From NCBI GenBank assembly GCA_964035545.1, contig OZ037770.1, positions 8,252,973 to 8,316,972 on the forward strand: DNA of 64,000 nucleotides. The letters run 5' to 3'. The stretch is from Bugula neritina. Lineage: Eukaryota > Animalia > Bryozoa. This document shows positions 1 through 38,296 of the stretch, piece after piece. Under the pieces are notes generated by a model. That model saw only the letters and a list, made by a program, of their open reading frames with translations, did no database searches and was not told the origin of the DNA. Each line of letters begins with the position of its first letter. Positions within the stretch are counted from its first letter, which is position 1. The translations under genes and the position numbers were made by a program.

Positions 1-11
1 CTATCCTCGGA

Positions 12-3000
12 ATGCCCTTCTTGAAGCAACACCAGTGCCGAATAGATTTCAGTAAGTCGGTGGTGCTGATGGACGGGCGAGAACTTGCCTGTGTGGATAA
101 GTTTGGGCGTCCTCTGGTGGGCGGTGTTCAGGTAGTTCGAAACTGCACCGTACCCGGACGCTCCAGAGCTACTATCCACTGCCGAGTGAACAGCAACCGG
201 ATAGCCAGGCTCGGGGTCGTTGAAAGCGCGCACGAAAGGATCCAACTCGCCAGTAGTTTAAACCGACTAACTGAGCGAGGGGAGGTCTTAGTGCAGTGCG
301 TCAACCCCTTTACCGAGCCCATTGAGCTCCCAGCTGGGTCAATGCTGGGCCGGTTCCACTCCAGCCAGGAAGAGGACGTGGGCCCGTCGCTGGGTGACGC
401 GACGGAGGCACCCCCTCGACACCCTATTCAGGGGCGAGGGGCAGTCCCAACACATCTCCGGGAGTTATACGAAACAGCCAGTGGCGGCTGCGCGAGTAAC
501 AGAGAACGCCAAGCTATGGCCAAGTTACTACGCGACTACGGTGATGTGTTCAGCAGCGGAGAGCATGACGTGGGACTGACTGGAATTGTCAGACACGAAA
601 TACCGCTGACTGCAGGGACAGTCCCTGTCCAGCATCCCACGCGCAGGCTGGGGCCGGAGAAAGAGAAGGAGGTTAGCCGACAAGTACGGGATCTTCTGGA
701 CCGGGGACTGATAGAGCCCGCCCATAGTGCGTGGAGCTCGTCAGTCGTACTGGTCCGGAAGAAAGACGGCAGTTGGCGGTTCTGTGTGGACTACCGCAAA
801 CTCAATAGCGTAACCATACAGGACGCCTACCCTCTACCTCGTATTGACGAGTCATTGGACGCCCTAGCCGGCAGCAAGTACTTCAGTACATTAGACTTGC
901 TAAGCGGCTATTGGCAGGTTCCTCTGAGTCCCGACGCCCAAGAGAAAGCGGCGTTTATCACACGGGACGGTTTGTGGAAGTGGAAGGTGCTGCCCTTCGG
1001 GTTAACATCCGCCCCAGCCACCTTCCAGAGGCTTATGGAACAAGTCCTTAGCGGACTCCATTGGAAGACACTGCTGGTTTACCTCGATGATGTCATCGTA
1101 ATCTCTCCAGACTTCGAGACACATGTCAGTCGTCTGCAGGAGGTTTTCGAGAGACTCCGAGTTGCCGGTCTTAAGCTCAAACCTTCCAAGTGCGCTCTAT
1201 TGCAGCCGGAGGTCAAGTACCTGGGGCACGTTGTCGGTCGAAACGGCGTGGCAACGGATCCCGAAAAGGTGCGGGCAGTAGAAGACTGGGTCACCCCCCA
1301 AGACCTGACCGGACTCCGGGCTTTCTTGGGGCTGGTAGGGTATTACAGGCAATACATACCAGACTTTGCGGGCATAGCCCAGCCGTTAAACCGGCTCACC
1401 GCAAAGGGAGTGCCGTGGCAGTGGACTCCAGTCGAACAAGAAGCGTTCGACCGCCTCAAGGGCTGCCTACTAACGGCGCCCATCTTGGCCTACCCAGACC
1501 CCACTCTGGAATACATCCTAGACACGGACGCCAGTGACCAGAATGTTGGCGCTGTGCTGTCACAAGTGCAGGAAGGCCGAGAGGTAGTAGTAGCCTACTA
1601 CAGCAAGTCTCTCTCTCCCGCTGAACGAAATTACTGCACTACCCGCAAGGAGCTGCTGGCAGTAATCAAGTATGTGAAGCACTTCAGACCATACCTATAT
1701 GGCAGGAAATTCCGGCTGCGTACGGATCATGCCTCGCTGATCTGGTTGTGCAGGAGAGCGGAGCCCTCTAGTCAGGTCGCCCGGTGGCTCGAAATTCTAG
1801 CTGAATTCTCATACCGGATCGAACATCGACCGGGCAAGAGACACAGCAATGCGGATGGGTTGAGTCGCCGACCTGACGGAGGTTGCAAACAGTGTCTCAA
1901 CATCGAGAGGAGGGATGGAGGTCCCCCCCGATGCGAGTTGGAGACGCTGGCTCATCACGGAGCACCGTTTGACTGGGATCAAGGTCAACTCAGGCAAAGA
2001 GTTGATGAGTCCCCGGAGGATGTACAAAACCTCCGCGCCAACCCTGTACTGGCCGGTAATGTTCGAGAGCTGAAGAAGCTCCAAGAAGAGCTGCCTGGAG
2101 TCGTGGCAGACATATACCAGGCCAAAAAGGAAGGGCGACGACCCAGCGAGGAACGCATACGACAGGGATGCGCCGAGTTCCGGCTATACTGTCAGCGTTG
2201 GGACTCGCTGCGGATCGGGCAGGATGGGTTGCTAACCATCTCTCTAGCTGCCAGCGGCAGACACCCGGAAAGGAAGAGGGTAGTCTGCCCCACAGCCATC
2301 CGCCGTGAGTTGATTTGGGATACTCACAAGCAGGCCCACGCAGGGGTCAAGCGAGTGATATCCAAATTACGACTCCGGTGGTATTGGCCGCAGATGGAGC
2401 GTGACGTCCGGCTCAGAGTCAAACAGTGTGAGATCTGCCAGGCCAGTAAGCATAGCCGCCCCCCTGGTGAAGCAGGACGGCAGAGGCTACATGCTGGTAG
2501 GCCCTGGCAAGTAGTCGCTGTAGACCTGGTCGGACCCATGCCCCTGACCCCCAGAGGCAATAATTGGATCCTAGTACTAACCGACCACTTTACTAGGTGG
2601 GCGGATGCTCTGGCTATTCCAGATGCATCAGCCCCAACAGTGGCCAGGGCACTAGACCAACATGTATTCTGTTATTTTGGGCTTCCCGAACAGATACACT
2701 CTGATCAAGGCGCTCAATTCCAGTCTCAACTGATGAGCGACCTTTGCCACCTCTGGGGAGTAAATCAGAGCAGGACCACCCCCTACCACCCTCAAGGTAA
2801 CGGGGTGGTGGAGCGCAACAACCGGATGCTAGGTGATGCACTCCGGAGTCTCCTCCTTGGACGAGGTCAAGAGGAATGGGATACGGTGTTGCCGCAAGTC
2901 ATGCGTGCACACCGTAGCACCCCACACACCAGTACTGGTGAGACCCCAAACCTCTTGATGCTCGGGAGGGAGACTCGTGTCCCTGACCATCTCACCTATC

Positions 3001-4349
3001 ACGTTCCAGAGCAAGACAACTCGGTTCACGAGTATGCCAGTGAACTAGTGGAACGGATGAAGGCCGCACACGATATACTGCGTCAACAGCAGTGGAAGGT
3101 GCGGCACGAAGATTCCGATGAACCACCCCTCTATCAAACGGGAGATAAGGTGTGGATGGTCAATTACCGTAGGCGTCGCGGACAGGCTGATAGACTGAAG
3201 CCTAAGTTTGTAGGCCCCTACGTAGTCGTCGAGGCTATGCCCAATCATACGTACAAGATTGAGCGCTCAGGACAGGTGTCTATCCAGAATGAGTCTCGCT
3301 TGAAACCGTATTGGGCTAGCCCTGACGGAGTGGGAGAAGCCCCCCCGTTTCATGTGAATGACGATGAAGACACTGTAATGGCCGACGGTCTGTTAGACCT
3401 GGAGCTAGACACTGTTCTTGGTCAGTCCACACATGATTCATCAGTTCCTCGAGTGCATTCCAAAAGCTGTGACTCTCAGGCTAGCAACGGTCGACAGTCA
3501 CTAGAATTATGTTGTAAAGATCCACCGCGATCTAACAATAATTCTACTTTTGCAGACACACTCACGCCCGTCTCTCCGGGCATGCCTTCTCTAGAGATGG
3601 CGTGGGACCCAGAGCCGGCCCCAACAACTCCTACAACCAGGCAACTGCCACCCCAGTTGGAAGCAACCTTCAACTGGATTACCCCTGCCACAGACAGAGA
3701 AATCAGGACCCATAAAGGAGGTGAGAGTAATCGTGAATGCAACCTCTGCCAGCAGCGATTCACAACCCACCGCAGACTAAAAGTACACTTGCCGCAGCAC
3801 TACATCACCACTTTCTGCCCTTGCGGAGAATATAGCTACAATCGTAATTACCTATTGCGGCACCAACGTACTATGCAGTGTTATCAAGGGCATGTCTATG
3901 AAGTAGACGAATCATCCTATCCTGCCTTTCTCAACGCCATCAAACCACTCATCACTGACTCAGCTCGGCTATCTCGCCTGGAGCAAGGCTTCCCTTCCCC
4001 GCGACCCATCATCTCTGGAGCCGCAGATAAACCTACACAGTCTACTAACTCTCCACCTCACAGTCCTATACGCATGCCGCATACTTTTCCTCGTGTCGTA
4101 CTACAGAGGGTAGACACAAATGCGTATACACTCCCTCCTCCCCTTCCATCCTCAGAGCGGAAAAGACACAGACAGCCGACTTCCTCTCGCTCGTCCCCCT
4201 GGGCCCACAACCTACGTGAAGTAGAAGCTAGGGCACACGACTTGGAGCAAGAAGTGTACAGACTGGCCCCACGGGTGCAGGCTGCATCCAGTGAACTCAA
4301 ATATTTACAGGAGTCTATTAAACGCATGAAGCGTGCGGCCCGCAGTTAA
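12..4349 (+). CDS. pol: Gypsy Pol polyprotein (5'-partial): protease tail, RT, RNase H, integrase, C-terminal C2H2-ZnF/coiled-coil extension
   Basis: Protease end ILGMPFL; RT motifs CVDYRKLN, LPFGLTSAPATFQR and YLDDVIV; RNase H DTDAS...ADGLSR; integrase H-H-C-C, catalytic D-D-E (VAVDLVGP, IHSDQG, VVERNNR) and a GPY motif; no stop codons. Confidence 0.95.
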   Translation: MPFLKQHQCRIDFSKSVVLMDGRELACVDKFGRPLVGGVQVVRNCTVPGRSRATIHCRVNSNRIARLGVVESAHERIQLASSLNRLTERGEVLVQCVNPFTEPIELPAGSMLGRFHSSQEEDVGPSLGDATEAPPRHPIQGRGAVPTHLRELYETASGGCASNRERQAMAKLLRDYGDVFSSGEHDVGLTGIVRHEIPLTAGTVPVQHPTRRLGPEKEKEVSRQVRDLLDRGLIEPAHSAWSSSVVLVRKKDGSWRFCVDYRKLNSVTIQDAYPLPRIDESLDALAGSKYFSTLDLLSGYWQVPLSPDAQEKAAFITRDGLWKWKVLPFGLTSAPATFQRLMEQVLSGLHWKTLLVYLDDVIVISPDFETHVSRLQEVFERLRVAGLKLKPSKCALLQPEVKYLGHVVGRNGVATDPEKVRAVEDWVTPQDLTGLRAFLGLVGYYRQYIPDFAGIAQPLNRLTAKGVPWQWTPVEQEAFDRLKGCLLTAPILAYPDPTLEYILDTDASDQNVGAVLSQVQEGREVVVAYYSKSLSPAERNYCTTRKELLAVIKYVKHFRPYLYGRKFRLRTDHASLIWLCRRAEPSSQVARWLEILAEFSYRIEHRPGKRHSNADGLSRRPDGGCKQCLNIERRDGGPPRCELETLAHHGAPFDWDQGQLRQRVDESPEDVQNLRANPVLAGNVRELKKLQEELPGVVADIYQAKKEGRRPSEERIRQGCAEFRLYCQRWDSLRIGQDGLLTISLAASGRHPERKRVVCPTAIRRELIWDTHKQAHAGVKRVISKLRLRWYWPQMERDVRLRVKQCEICQASKHSRPPGEAGRQRLHAGRPWQVVAVDLVGPMPLTPRGNNWILVLTDHFTRWADALAIPDASAPTVARALDQHVFCYFGLPEQIHSDQGAQFQSQLMSDLCHLWGVNQSRTTPYHPQGNGVVERNNRMLGDALRSLLLGRGQEEWDTVLPQVMRAHRSTPHTSTGETPNLLMLGRETRVPDHLTYHVPEQDNSVHEYASELVERMKAAHDILRQQQWKVRHEDSDEPPLYQTGDKVWMVNYRRRRGQADRLKPKFVGPYVVVEAMPNHTYKIERSGQVSIQNESRLKPYWASPDGVGEAPPFHVNDDEDTVMADGLLDLELDTVLGQSTHDSSVPRVHSKSCDSQASNGRQSLELCCKDPPRSNNNSTFADTLTPVSPGMPSLEMAWDPEPAPTTPTTRQLPPQLEATFNWITPATDREIRTHKGGESNRECNLCQQRFTTHRRLKVHLPQHYITTFCPCGEYSYNRNYLLRHQRTMQCYQGHVYEVDESSYPAFLNAIKPLITDSARLSRLEQGFPSPRPIISGAADKPTQSTNSPPHSPIRMPHTFPRVVLQRVDTNAYTLPPPLPSSERKRHRQPTSSRSSPWAHNLREVEARAHDLEQEVYRLAPRVQAASSELKYLQESIKRMKRAARS

Positions 4350-4609
4350 CTTGAGTCTACCTACAACTCCATACTACTCATTCCCTACCTCTCTGTGGCA
4401 TTCCCTACCGTAATGGTGGCACGTACTCTATATGTAGATAGGACCTTCTCTTGCTTATTACTTAGTGTGCACGTTACATATACCTGTATATTTTTATCAG
4501 TTGTTGTTTTTTTTTGCATATACTTTTATACTGTTCTCTTACCCCCCCACAACGAAGTATACGTTTTTTTTATGTGAATTTTATTTTATCAGAAAGTGGG
4601 CTTTCTGCT

Positions 4610-4620
4610 GGAGGGGGCAG
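4610..4620 (+). promoter_or_regulatory. Polypurine tract of Gypsy element 1
   Basis: GGAGGGGGCAG directly before the TGTG start of the LTR. Confidence 0.8.
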
Positions 4621-4898
4621 TGTGGTGGCTCGTGGAGCTACCAGCAACACAATACGCAAGGTTGCGTATTGACCCGGAATAATGTATTAGCCAATTAGCT
4701 AGGCTGCTTTATGAGAGTAGTAGCAGCTTCGCGCTACTAGCTCAGTTGAGGATAGTGCTGTAAATTAAATAGACGTGCGTATCATTACTGTTGTACATTA
4801 GATTTTATTATGTATTCTTGTATTAAAATATAACGATATCTACTCGACTTAACTCGGTGAAGTTTCTCTAGTGATAAATAGACTCTCTTGGTGACACA
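4621..4898 (+). repeat. 3' LTR of Gypsy element 1 (~278 bp)
   Basis: Starts TGTGG after the PPT and ends GACACA (TGTG...CACA). The partner LTR is outside the window, so the end is inferred. Confidence 0.7.
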
Positions 4899-5323
4899 TC
4901 AACCCTAAATCTGAAAAACATAACAATATTTCTCCTAACCATTACAGTTCTTAAAAATTAGAAGTTGAATTTTAATAAGAAGTCGTTCACTAGATAGCAT
5001 GTGTTGAAATCTATAAGACAATTGAGACCAGTTTTTATTGTATTGTGCTTTGACTTTATAAATAATATATAAAATATTTTAGACTTACAAAATCTGGCAA
5101 TAATTAAAGTAATTCAATATTTATCAACAGAGAATATCAGCAATAGAAGGCTACTCAGCAATGGAAATATTCTCATGAGCTGTTGCAAATGTCTTAACAG
5201 TATAAAAATTGAAAGAAGAATATAAAAACACCCAGGAGAAGTAGACTATAAATGGCTGTTAAAAATGTTTTGTTGATTCATTATTATGTCTTGAACCTTT
5301 TCTCTGTCCATCTATTCTCAAAC

Positions 5324-5329
5324 TTTATT
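5324..5329 (-). promoter_or_regulatory. Candidate polyadenylation signal of RPTP copy 1
   Basis: AATAAA on the minus strand ~160 nt after the stop; conserved in copy 2 at 41008-41013. Confidence 0.4.
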
Positions 5330-5489
5330 CCCCCTACAAGAAAGGTGACTAAGTTATTAAATACAGTGAGACATTAGAGAAAAGTGGTGTTGAATGACTA
5401 CTTAGAACTGATGAAATGTACAGATCAGCTTTTTAAATTGAATAGCAAGTTAAAACATTTGCACACGCTAAGCTGACATTCTGGTACAC

Positions 5490-32054
<26,565 letters not shown>

Positions 32055-34536
32055 CTGTAAATATACATACTCTACATATTTATATATAATTCATACAGTA
32101 TATTTTACTACATCTAAGCATAAAAAGAAACATGTTAGGAGAATGCTGAAAATAAATTTATAATCATCTACTCCAAATATCATCTCTCACCACAAAAGAA
32201 AGTACCTAGTAATGTGTGTGTTGGATATATTCATAAATGAATATGTAACAAGTTTTGATAAGAAATACAATAAATACAATAATTTTAAATTTGATGCAAA
32301 ACTTCTCTTTGGAGCTGCAAACACAAAGAGGGCTAGACTTATTTCACTAGAAACTTGAGTTACATAGAAGTACATGGTGGAGAATGCAGTGGTAGACAAG
32401 CTCACAAACCTACTGAGGTAGGTGCAGTTCTGGAAAATTGAGAAAAGCCTGTATTCTAGATTGGAAATGTAACAAAAGAAGTTTTGTTTTTGCAAAAATT
32501 TCAACTTGTACCTCAAAAATAAAATTTGATTTTTCTACTACTGCACCTTAATGAATCTACTGACGTCACATATAGAGATAAAACGTTAACAGAAACTGGT
32601 CGATATATGAGTTAATGCTCTATACCTTACAACTTGCTAAACTTCAATTTCAAAAGTGAGATTTGAAAGTTAAATCAAATTCTAAAAACACATTATATAA
32701 AGTAGGCCTAATTAGAAAGACCAGCTTATATATATGCCTTTACAGATATTATCTCTATCCAGTCAGGGTTCCAACCAGCTGGGGCTTTAGCTGTCTTGAT
32801 GTTTACTCATGTATTTGTTTATATAATATTACAAAAAATATTACGTTTGCTAAGAAATAAAAGCAGAATATGACAATATTTGTAAACACCATAGCAAAGG
32901 CTGGACCTTTACTAGTGGATGGTGAGCTTTAAAATTAACCTCTTATGACAAGCATATATCAGGTGAGTGGAAGACCTGCAAGGGGCCAAGGTCAAACATA
33001 TAAATATACTTCGTGAATTAAAAGCTTATGGCTAGAGAGTCATATTTTCATGCTAAACTCAGAATGTTCTGTAGTAAGAGCAGAAAGAGTGGCTCTGATG
33101 CAACTTGCTTTGGTTTGGAAAAGCTTGGCCGACAGCAAATTGAGTTCCTACATGAAGGAGGTATGTAGTATTGTAGTGAATTTTGCCAGTTCACTATTAT
33201 TATGTGTGGGTCGACTTAATCACAGCCACTGCACCAGGTTGTTTACGATAAGATACTTTATTATTTACACAAATACAAGAAGGTTGTTTACTGCTAGCAT
33301 GAATAGAAAATGATTACATAATTAGTGAGCTTTAATACACAACTACTCTAAATGAAGTCCCAAGCTGCTCTGCCGGCTAGCTACTCAGCGCACTGCAACT
33401 ACGAGTAGCTAGCTCCACCTGCTATCAATTAGTGTGACTGTCCTGATTGGTGGTTACTAGTGGTGCCACTGCTGTCCATAGTTACACTCCGACAGTGTCG
33501 AACTCACAAGATAATAAGCAATATAGAGTAAACCTTTTCGATTAATATAATAAGAATTGCATTACTAAAATCTATCACAGTATGCACAATAATGAAGGAA
33601 TTGAGAAAAGCTTGTGTTCTAGATTAGAAGCGTAGCGAAACAAGCTATGCACCTACCAAGAAATTCAACTAACAACAAAAATTTTAACAAGAAAATTGAA
33701 AAATGTCTCAGATCGATCTCCACAAGATCGATCTGAGATCGGTACATGGAAAGCCGGTGATTGTGAGCAGTTCTAAAGTAGTTGAAAAGGTTTTAAACAA
33801 GGCTGTATTGTTGAGATAAAAGATGTTCATAGCTCTACATTTGTGTTTCTACTATTGAATGACTATCAATGTAATATATTGCAGTTTAAACACACAGCAT
33901 CTTCACCCTCGGCTATGACAGGCCTATATATTCAGTTTAACAGAGTACAGCCTGTGAAATATAAAACAAACTAGCTAATTTTGACAAAATCACAAATTCT
34001 CAAATTCAATTTCCAGAGAACCATAGAAGCTTTACTTTCTTGATGCTTCTTAGCTGCACATCTGGTAAAATTATACAGTAGCTTCAGTCTCTATTATTTA
34101 TGTGTGGAGTTTGGTGGGGGGTTGACATAACATCACCTTAAAACTACTACTTCTCCTTATAACTAAATGAGGAAATACTAAATGGGTTGACAACACCACA
34201 CATACATCTGGTGACTATATCTGACCATCAACTCTAGAATACAGTATAATATTATCATACCACAAGTGTGATGAGAGACTTTGATATCTCCATGTTAAAC
34301 AGTCCTGTGTTATTCATAAGCTAGTACTTCACCATAGTCAGTCACTCTAAAGAATAGAAATGTCAACATACAACGTTATCTTTATTTTCAACATTTACTC
34401 ACTCTCCCAACAAGAAGGAAGTTGCTGTTTAGCAGCTTAGCCACTAGCTGAATATCAGCCAATCACATCTTAATTATCACTTAAAATGAAAGATGCAATA
34501 TGCAAACAAATGCCTATATAGTACAGTTACATCATG

Positions 34537-34648
34537 TATGACTTCTGTAATATTTGTGACCTCAGGTGTATGACTTGTTATATTTGTGACCTCAGGTATA
34601 TGACTTAGTATATTTGTGACCTCAGGTATATGACTTGTTATATTTGTG
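34537..34648. repeat. 30-bp minisatellite (~3.5 units)
   Basis: Unit TATGACTTGTTATATTTGTGACCTCAGGTA. Confidence 0.85.
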
Positions 34649-36028
34649 TAGAATGTGAAACTGAATGTTGAAAGTAAAAGAGAACAACTCCTCATTGTAG
34701 AAAGCATTTTGAAACTTTTGTTCTATTCTTGTACTTAATGATCTCTTAATGTAGTAATCAATAGCTTATAATATGTTAAATGTTTGCACTGTTTACTGCC
34801 CACTTCAGAAGAGACGTCAAAATCATTACATATATGTGTATTTACAGCTTCTCTGTAGTTCTTGAATTGGATTTATTGTCTCTTGGTTTTCTGTAGACGC
34901 CATGGGAAAATTGCAGAAATTAATAAATAGATTACTTAAACTTTGTTCACATAAACCCTGGTTTCAGCAATTGTACTATAGACTTATCCTAAAACACTGA
35001 CCAGCTTAAATGATATTTAATGATAGTTTATAAAAATCTGATCCAAATGAAAAACATGAATTTGTGTTTTATAAGAAACTATTCAATTGGCACCAAGAGC
35101 AACTTTAAATATTTTGACTGTCATCAGCTTAAGCATGGATTCGTCAGTAGAGTCAGTCAAATCAGTAGATGAACCTCACAACAACCCCAAGTATGGCTAT
35201 GGCTTGTCTAGTTGTAATTATGTCACAAACCAAACTCTTGGGCCATGTAGTAGGTATCGTTTATTTTTTATTTGAGTCAATCAATTTTAAAAGAATCCAT
35301 AACAGAGTTTCAACACAATTATATTTGCTGCTTTGTCCCTTAAAAACATTCAATTCCATGCCTAACATTCAGAGCTTACAAGGTGCATGTAATACATAAT
35401 ATTGTTGATAATCTTTAAAGAATTTACATGTAAATGTTGGTGAAGACTCAAGTCTAACAATCAAAAGTTGTATAACATTTATAGAAAAGCAGTTGCAGTT
35501 TACGGAGTTGATATAAATACAGGTCATCTTTAGTCCAGATAAAACAACAGTGATGAAAGATGACAGAAAATTCCATGTTTACGTCTTCAACAGAAATTAG
35601 AGAAATAAAATATACACACATTCAATATAAAAAATTATAAGTTTTAGCATAACATATTAGTCATAGTAATATAACATGCAGCAATAAAACTTACAGCAAT
35701 ATAATAGATAGTAACATAGCTTACAGCTTTTTAATATACCTATTGTAGCATACAGTAGGCTGACATATAACAGAGTAATATAAACTATAGTATTGAGCAT
35801 TTACAGAATAATGGATGTTGAGGATAACATCATAAACAGCAAAGAACTTAAAATCTAAATGACCCTAAACCAGCTAAAGTTCAATTGACAGGTTTGAGTA
35901 CCAATATTTTGTATTTTAAACTCTTTTGACTAAAATATACTGAAGGAAAAATAATCCCTTTAACCCTGCTGCGCTCTTATTGAACTTTTTACAGTTTCCT
36001 GGGCTATTTGGCATGTTGATAGTTGCTG

Positions 36029-38185
36029 CTGTTATGTGAATAAGAGTAAGTACTGTTATATGAATAAGCGTAAGTACTGTTATATGAATAAGAGTAAGTA
36101 CTGTTATGTGAATAAGAGTAAGTACTGTTATGTGAATAAGAGTAAGTAGGGGAAACCTGGGTGATATGAACCACCCGGGTGATATGGACCATGCATGTTT
36201 TGCAGTATCCACAGTTACCAGAAAGTTGGAAAGTGTCTCATTGCTTAGAATTAGAAATATCTAACTTCCTGTCTACATATTTTAGACTTGTCTCTTTGTC
36301 TTAGAAAATAAAGACACATTTTCTCTTTTCGCTCATTTTCTTATAATTTTTCACAACTTTTGTGGATATATTTTCATTAAAAAAAATTACCTGAAGTAAG
36401 GGGCCTGTATCTACAGATAATGTGTGGAAGGTATGTATAAATACCCAAATAGTATATATAATACTTGTCCACTCTCTGCCTGTAGAAATTCAAAATTTTT
36501 GGTGACATGATTTTTGGGTGATATGGACCGCCACTTGCGGGGTGATATGGACCGTAGACCATATCACTCAGCAAATTTGAATTTTTCTATTCATATACTT
36601 GTTTGAAGAAAAATAATACTATTTCTCAAGTGTTTCAAAAAATGATGAAGCATTAAACTTCTAAATATTGATTAGACAACAATATAGCCAGTTGCTGTAG
36701 ATTGTGTGCTAAAAATATTCATGCTCATGCAATGTATTTTAGATGCCAAGATAATCTTTCAAAAATATTTGAAATGCTTGAAGTTAGGAGGCACTAAAAG
36801 AAGCTGTTACACACTTATTTTAAATCTATTGTTTTATGTTACTTTTTATTATAGCAAAATGCATTTTCAACACAAAAAAGCTGACTTTATGTGACGGAGT
36901 CTGTGGTGGCCCATATCACCCGAAATTTCAAAAAATCCCCGGGTGATATGGTCCACCAATTTTCAATTATAGCTCAGTCAAGCATCTGTATAGGAGCTTC
37001 AAATTCTGTTTGTATGTCAGTAGAGATAGCACACACATGATGAAATACTAATTTTCAATCAACCATTGTCAGCCTGGGCTGTGGGCTTAAGTGGCCCATA
37101 TCACCCAGGTTTCCCCTACTGTTATATGAATAAGCGTAAGAACTGTTATGTGAATAAGAGTAAGTACTGTTATGTGAATAATAGTAAGTACTGTTATATG
37201 AATAAGAGTAAATACTGTTATGTGAATAAGAGTAAGTACTGTTGTGTGAATAAGAGTAAGTACTGTTATATGAATAAGAGTAAGTACTGTTATGTGAATA
37301 AGAGTAAGTACTGTTATGTGAATAAAAGTAAGTACTGTTGTGTGAATAAGAGTAAGTACTGTTATATGAATAAGAGTAAGTACTGTTATGTGAATAAGAG
37401 TAAGTACTGTTATGTGAATAAGAGTAAGTACTGTTATGTGAATAAGAGTAAGTATTGTTATGTGAATAAAAGTAAGTACTGTTATGTGAATAAGGGTAAG
37501 TAGTACTGTTATATGAATAAAAGTAAGTACTGTTATGTGAATAAGAGCAAGTACTGTTATGTGAATAAGAGTAAGTACTGTTATGTGAATAAGAGTAAGT
37601 GCTGTTATATGAATAAGCGTAAGCACTGTTATGTGAATAAAAGTAAGTACTGTTATGTGAATAAGAGTAAGTACTGTTATATGAATAAGAGTAAGTACTG
37701 TTAATTGAATAAGAGTAAATACTGTTATGTGAATAAAAGTAAGTACTGTTATGTGAATAAGAGTAAGTACTGTTATGTGAATAATAGTAAGTACTGTTAT
37801 ATGAATAAGAGTAAATACTGTTATGTGAATAAGAGTAAGTACTGTTGTGTGAATAAGAGTAAGTACTGTTATATGAATAAGAGTAAGTACTGTTATGTGA
37901 ATAAGAGTAAGTACTGTTATGTGAATAAAAGTAAGTACTGTTGTGTGAATAAGAGTAAGTACTGTTATATGAATAAGAGTAAGTACTGTTATGTGAATAA
38001 GAGTAAGTACTGTTATGTGAATAAGAGTAAGTACTGTTATGTGAATAAGAGTAAGTATTGTTATGTGAATAAAAGTAAGTACTGTTATGTGAATAAGGGT
38101 AAGTAGTACTGTTATATGAATAAAAGTAAGTACTGTTATGTGAATAAAAGTAAGCACTGTAATGTGAATAAGAGTAAGTACTGTT
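36029..38185. repeat. 24-bp minisatellite (~5 + ~44 units) interrupted by a DNA transposon
   Basis: Unit CTGTTATGTGAATAAGAGTAAGTA; it explains all the YSHNST/LIHITV/NKSKYC ORFs. Confidence 0.95.
36149..37116. mobile_element. Non-autonomous Tc1/mariner(pogo)-type DNA transposon, 968 bp
   Basis: 20-bp perfect TIR GGGGAAACCTGGGTGATATG; TA TSD at 36147-48 and 37117-18; internal GGTGATATGG repeats; the satellite resumes in phase on both sides. Confidence 0.9.
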
Positions 38186-38194
38186 AGCTACTGT

Positions 38195-38242
<48 letters not shown>

Positions 38243-38259
38243 TTTTACTACTGCTGCTA

Positions 38260-38291
<32 letters not shown>

Positions 38292-38296
38292 GCTAC
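38195..38296. repeat. Opposed (CAG)n and (CTG)n microsatellites
   Basis: ~16 AGC units, then TTTTA, then interrupted CTG runs. Confidence 0.9.

Larger units (their letters stand above)
1..4898 (+). mobile_element. Ty3/Gypsy LTR retrotransposon, 3' part (pol, 3' UTR, PPT, 3' LTR); 5' part upstream of the window
   Basis: GC-rich block with an uninterrupted ORF in PR-tail/RT/RNaseH/IN order, then a polypurine tract and a TG...CA LTR, then an abrupt shift to AT-rich host DNA. Confidence 0.95.

Noticed and set aside
35695-35717. Candidate initiator exon MLLSIIL(L)|gtaag
   Set aside because: Ends in phase 2 while the mucin exon starts in phase 0; other candidates (~33509, ~34403) lack an in-frame ATG; first exon left unresolved
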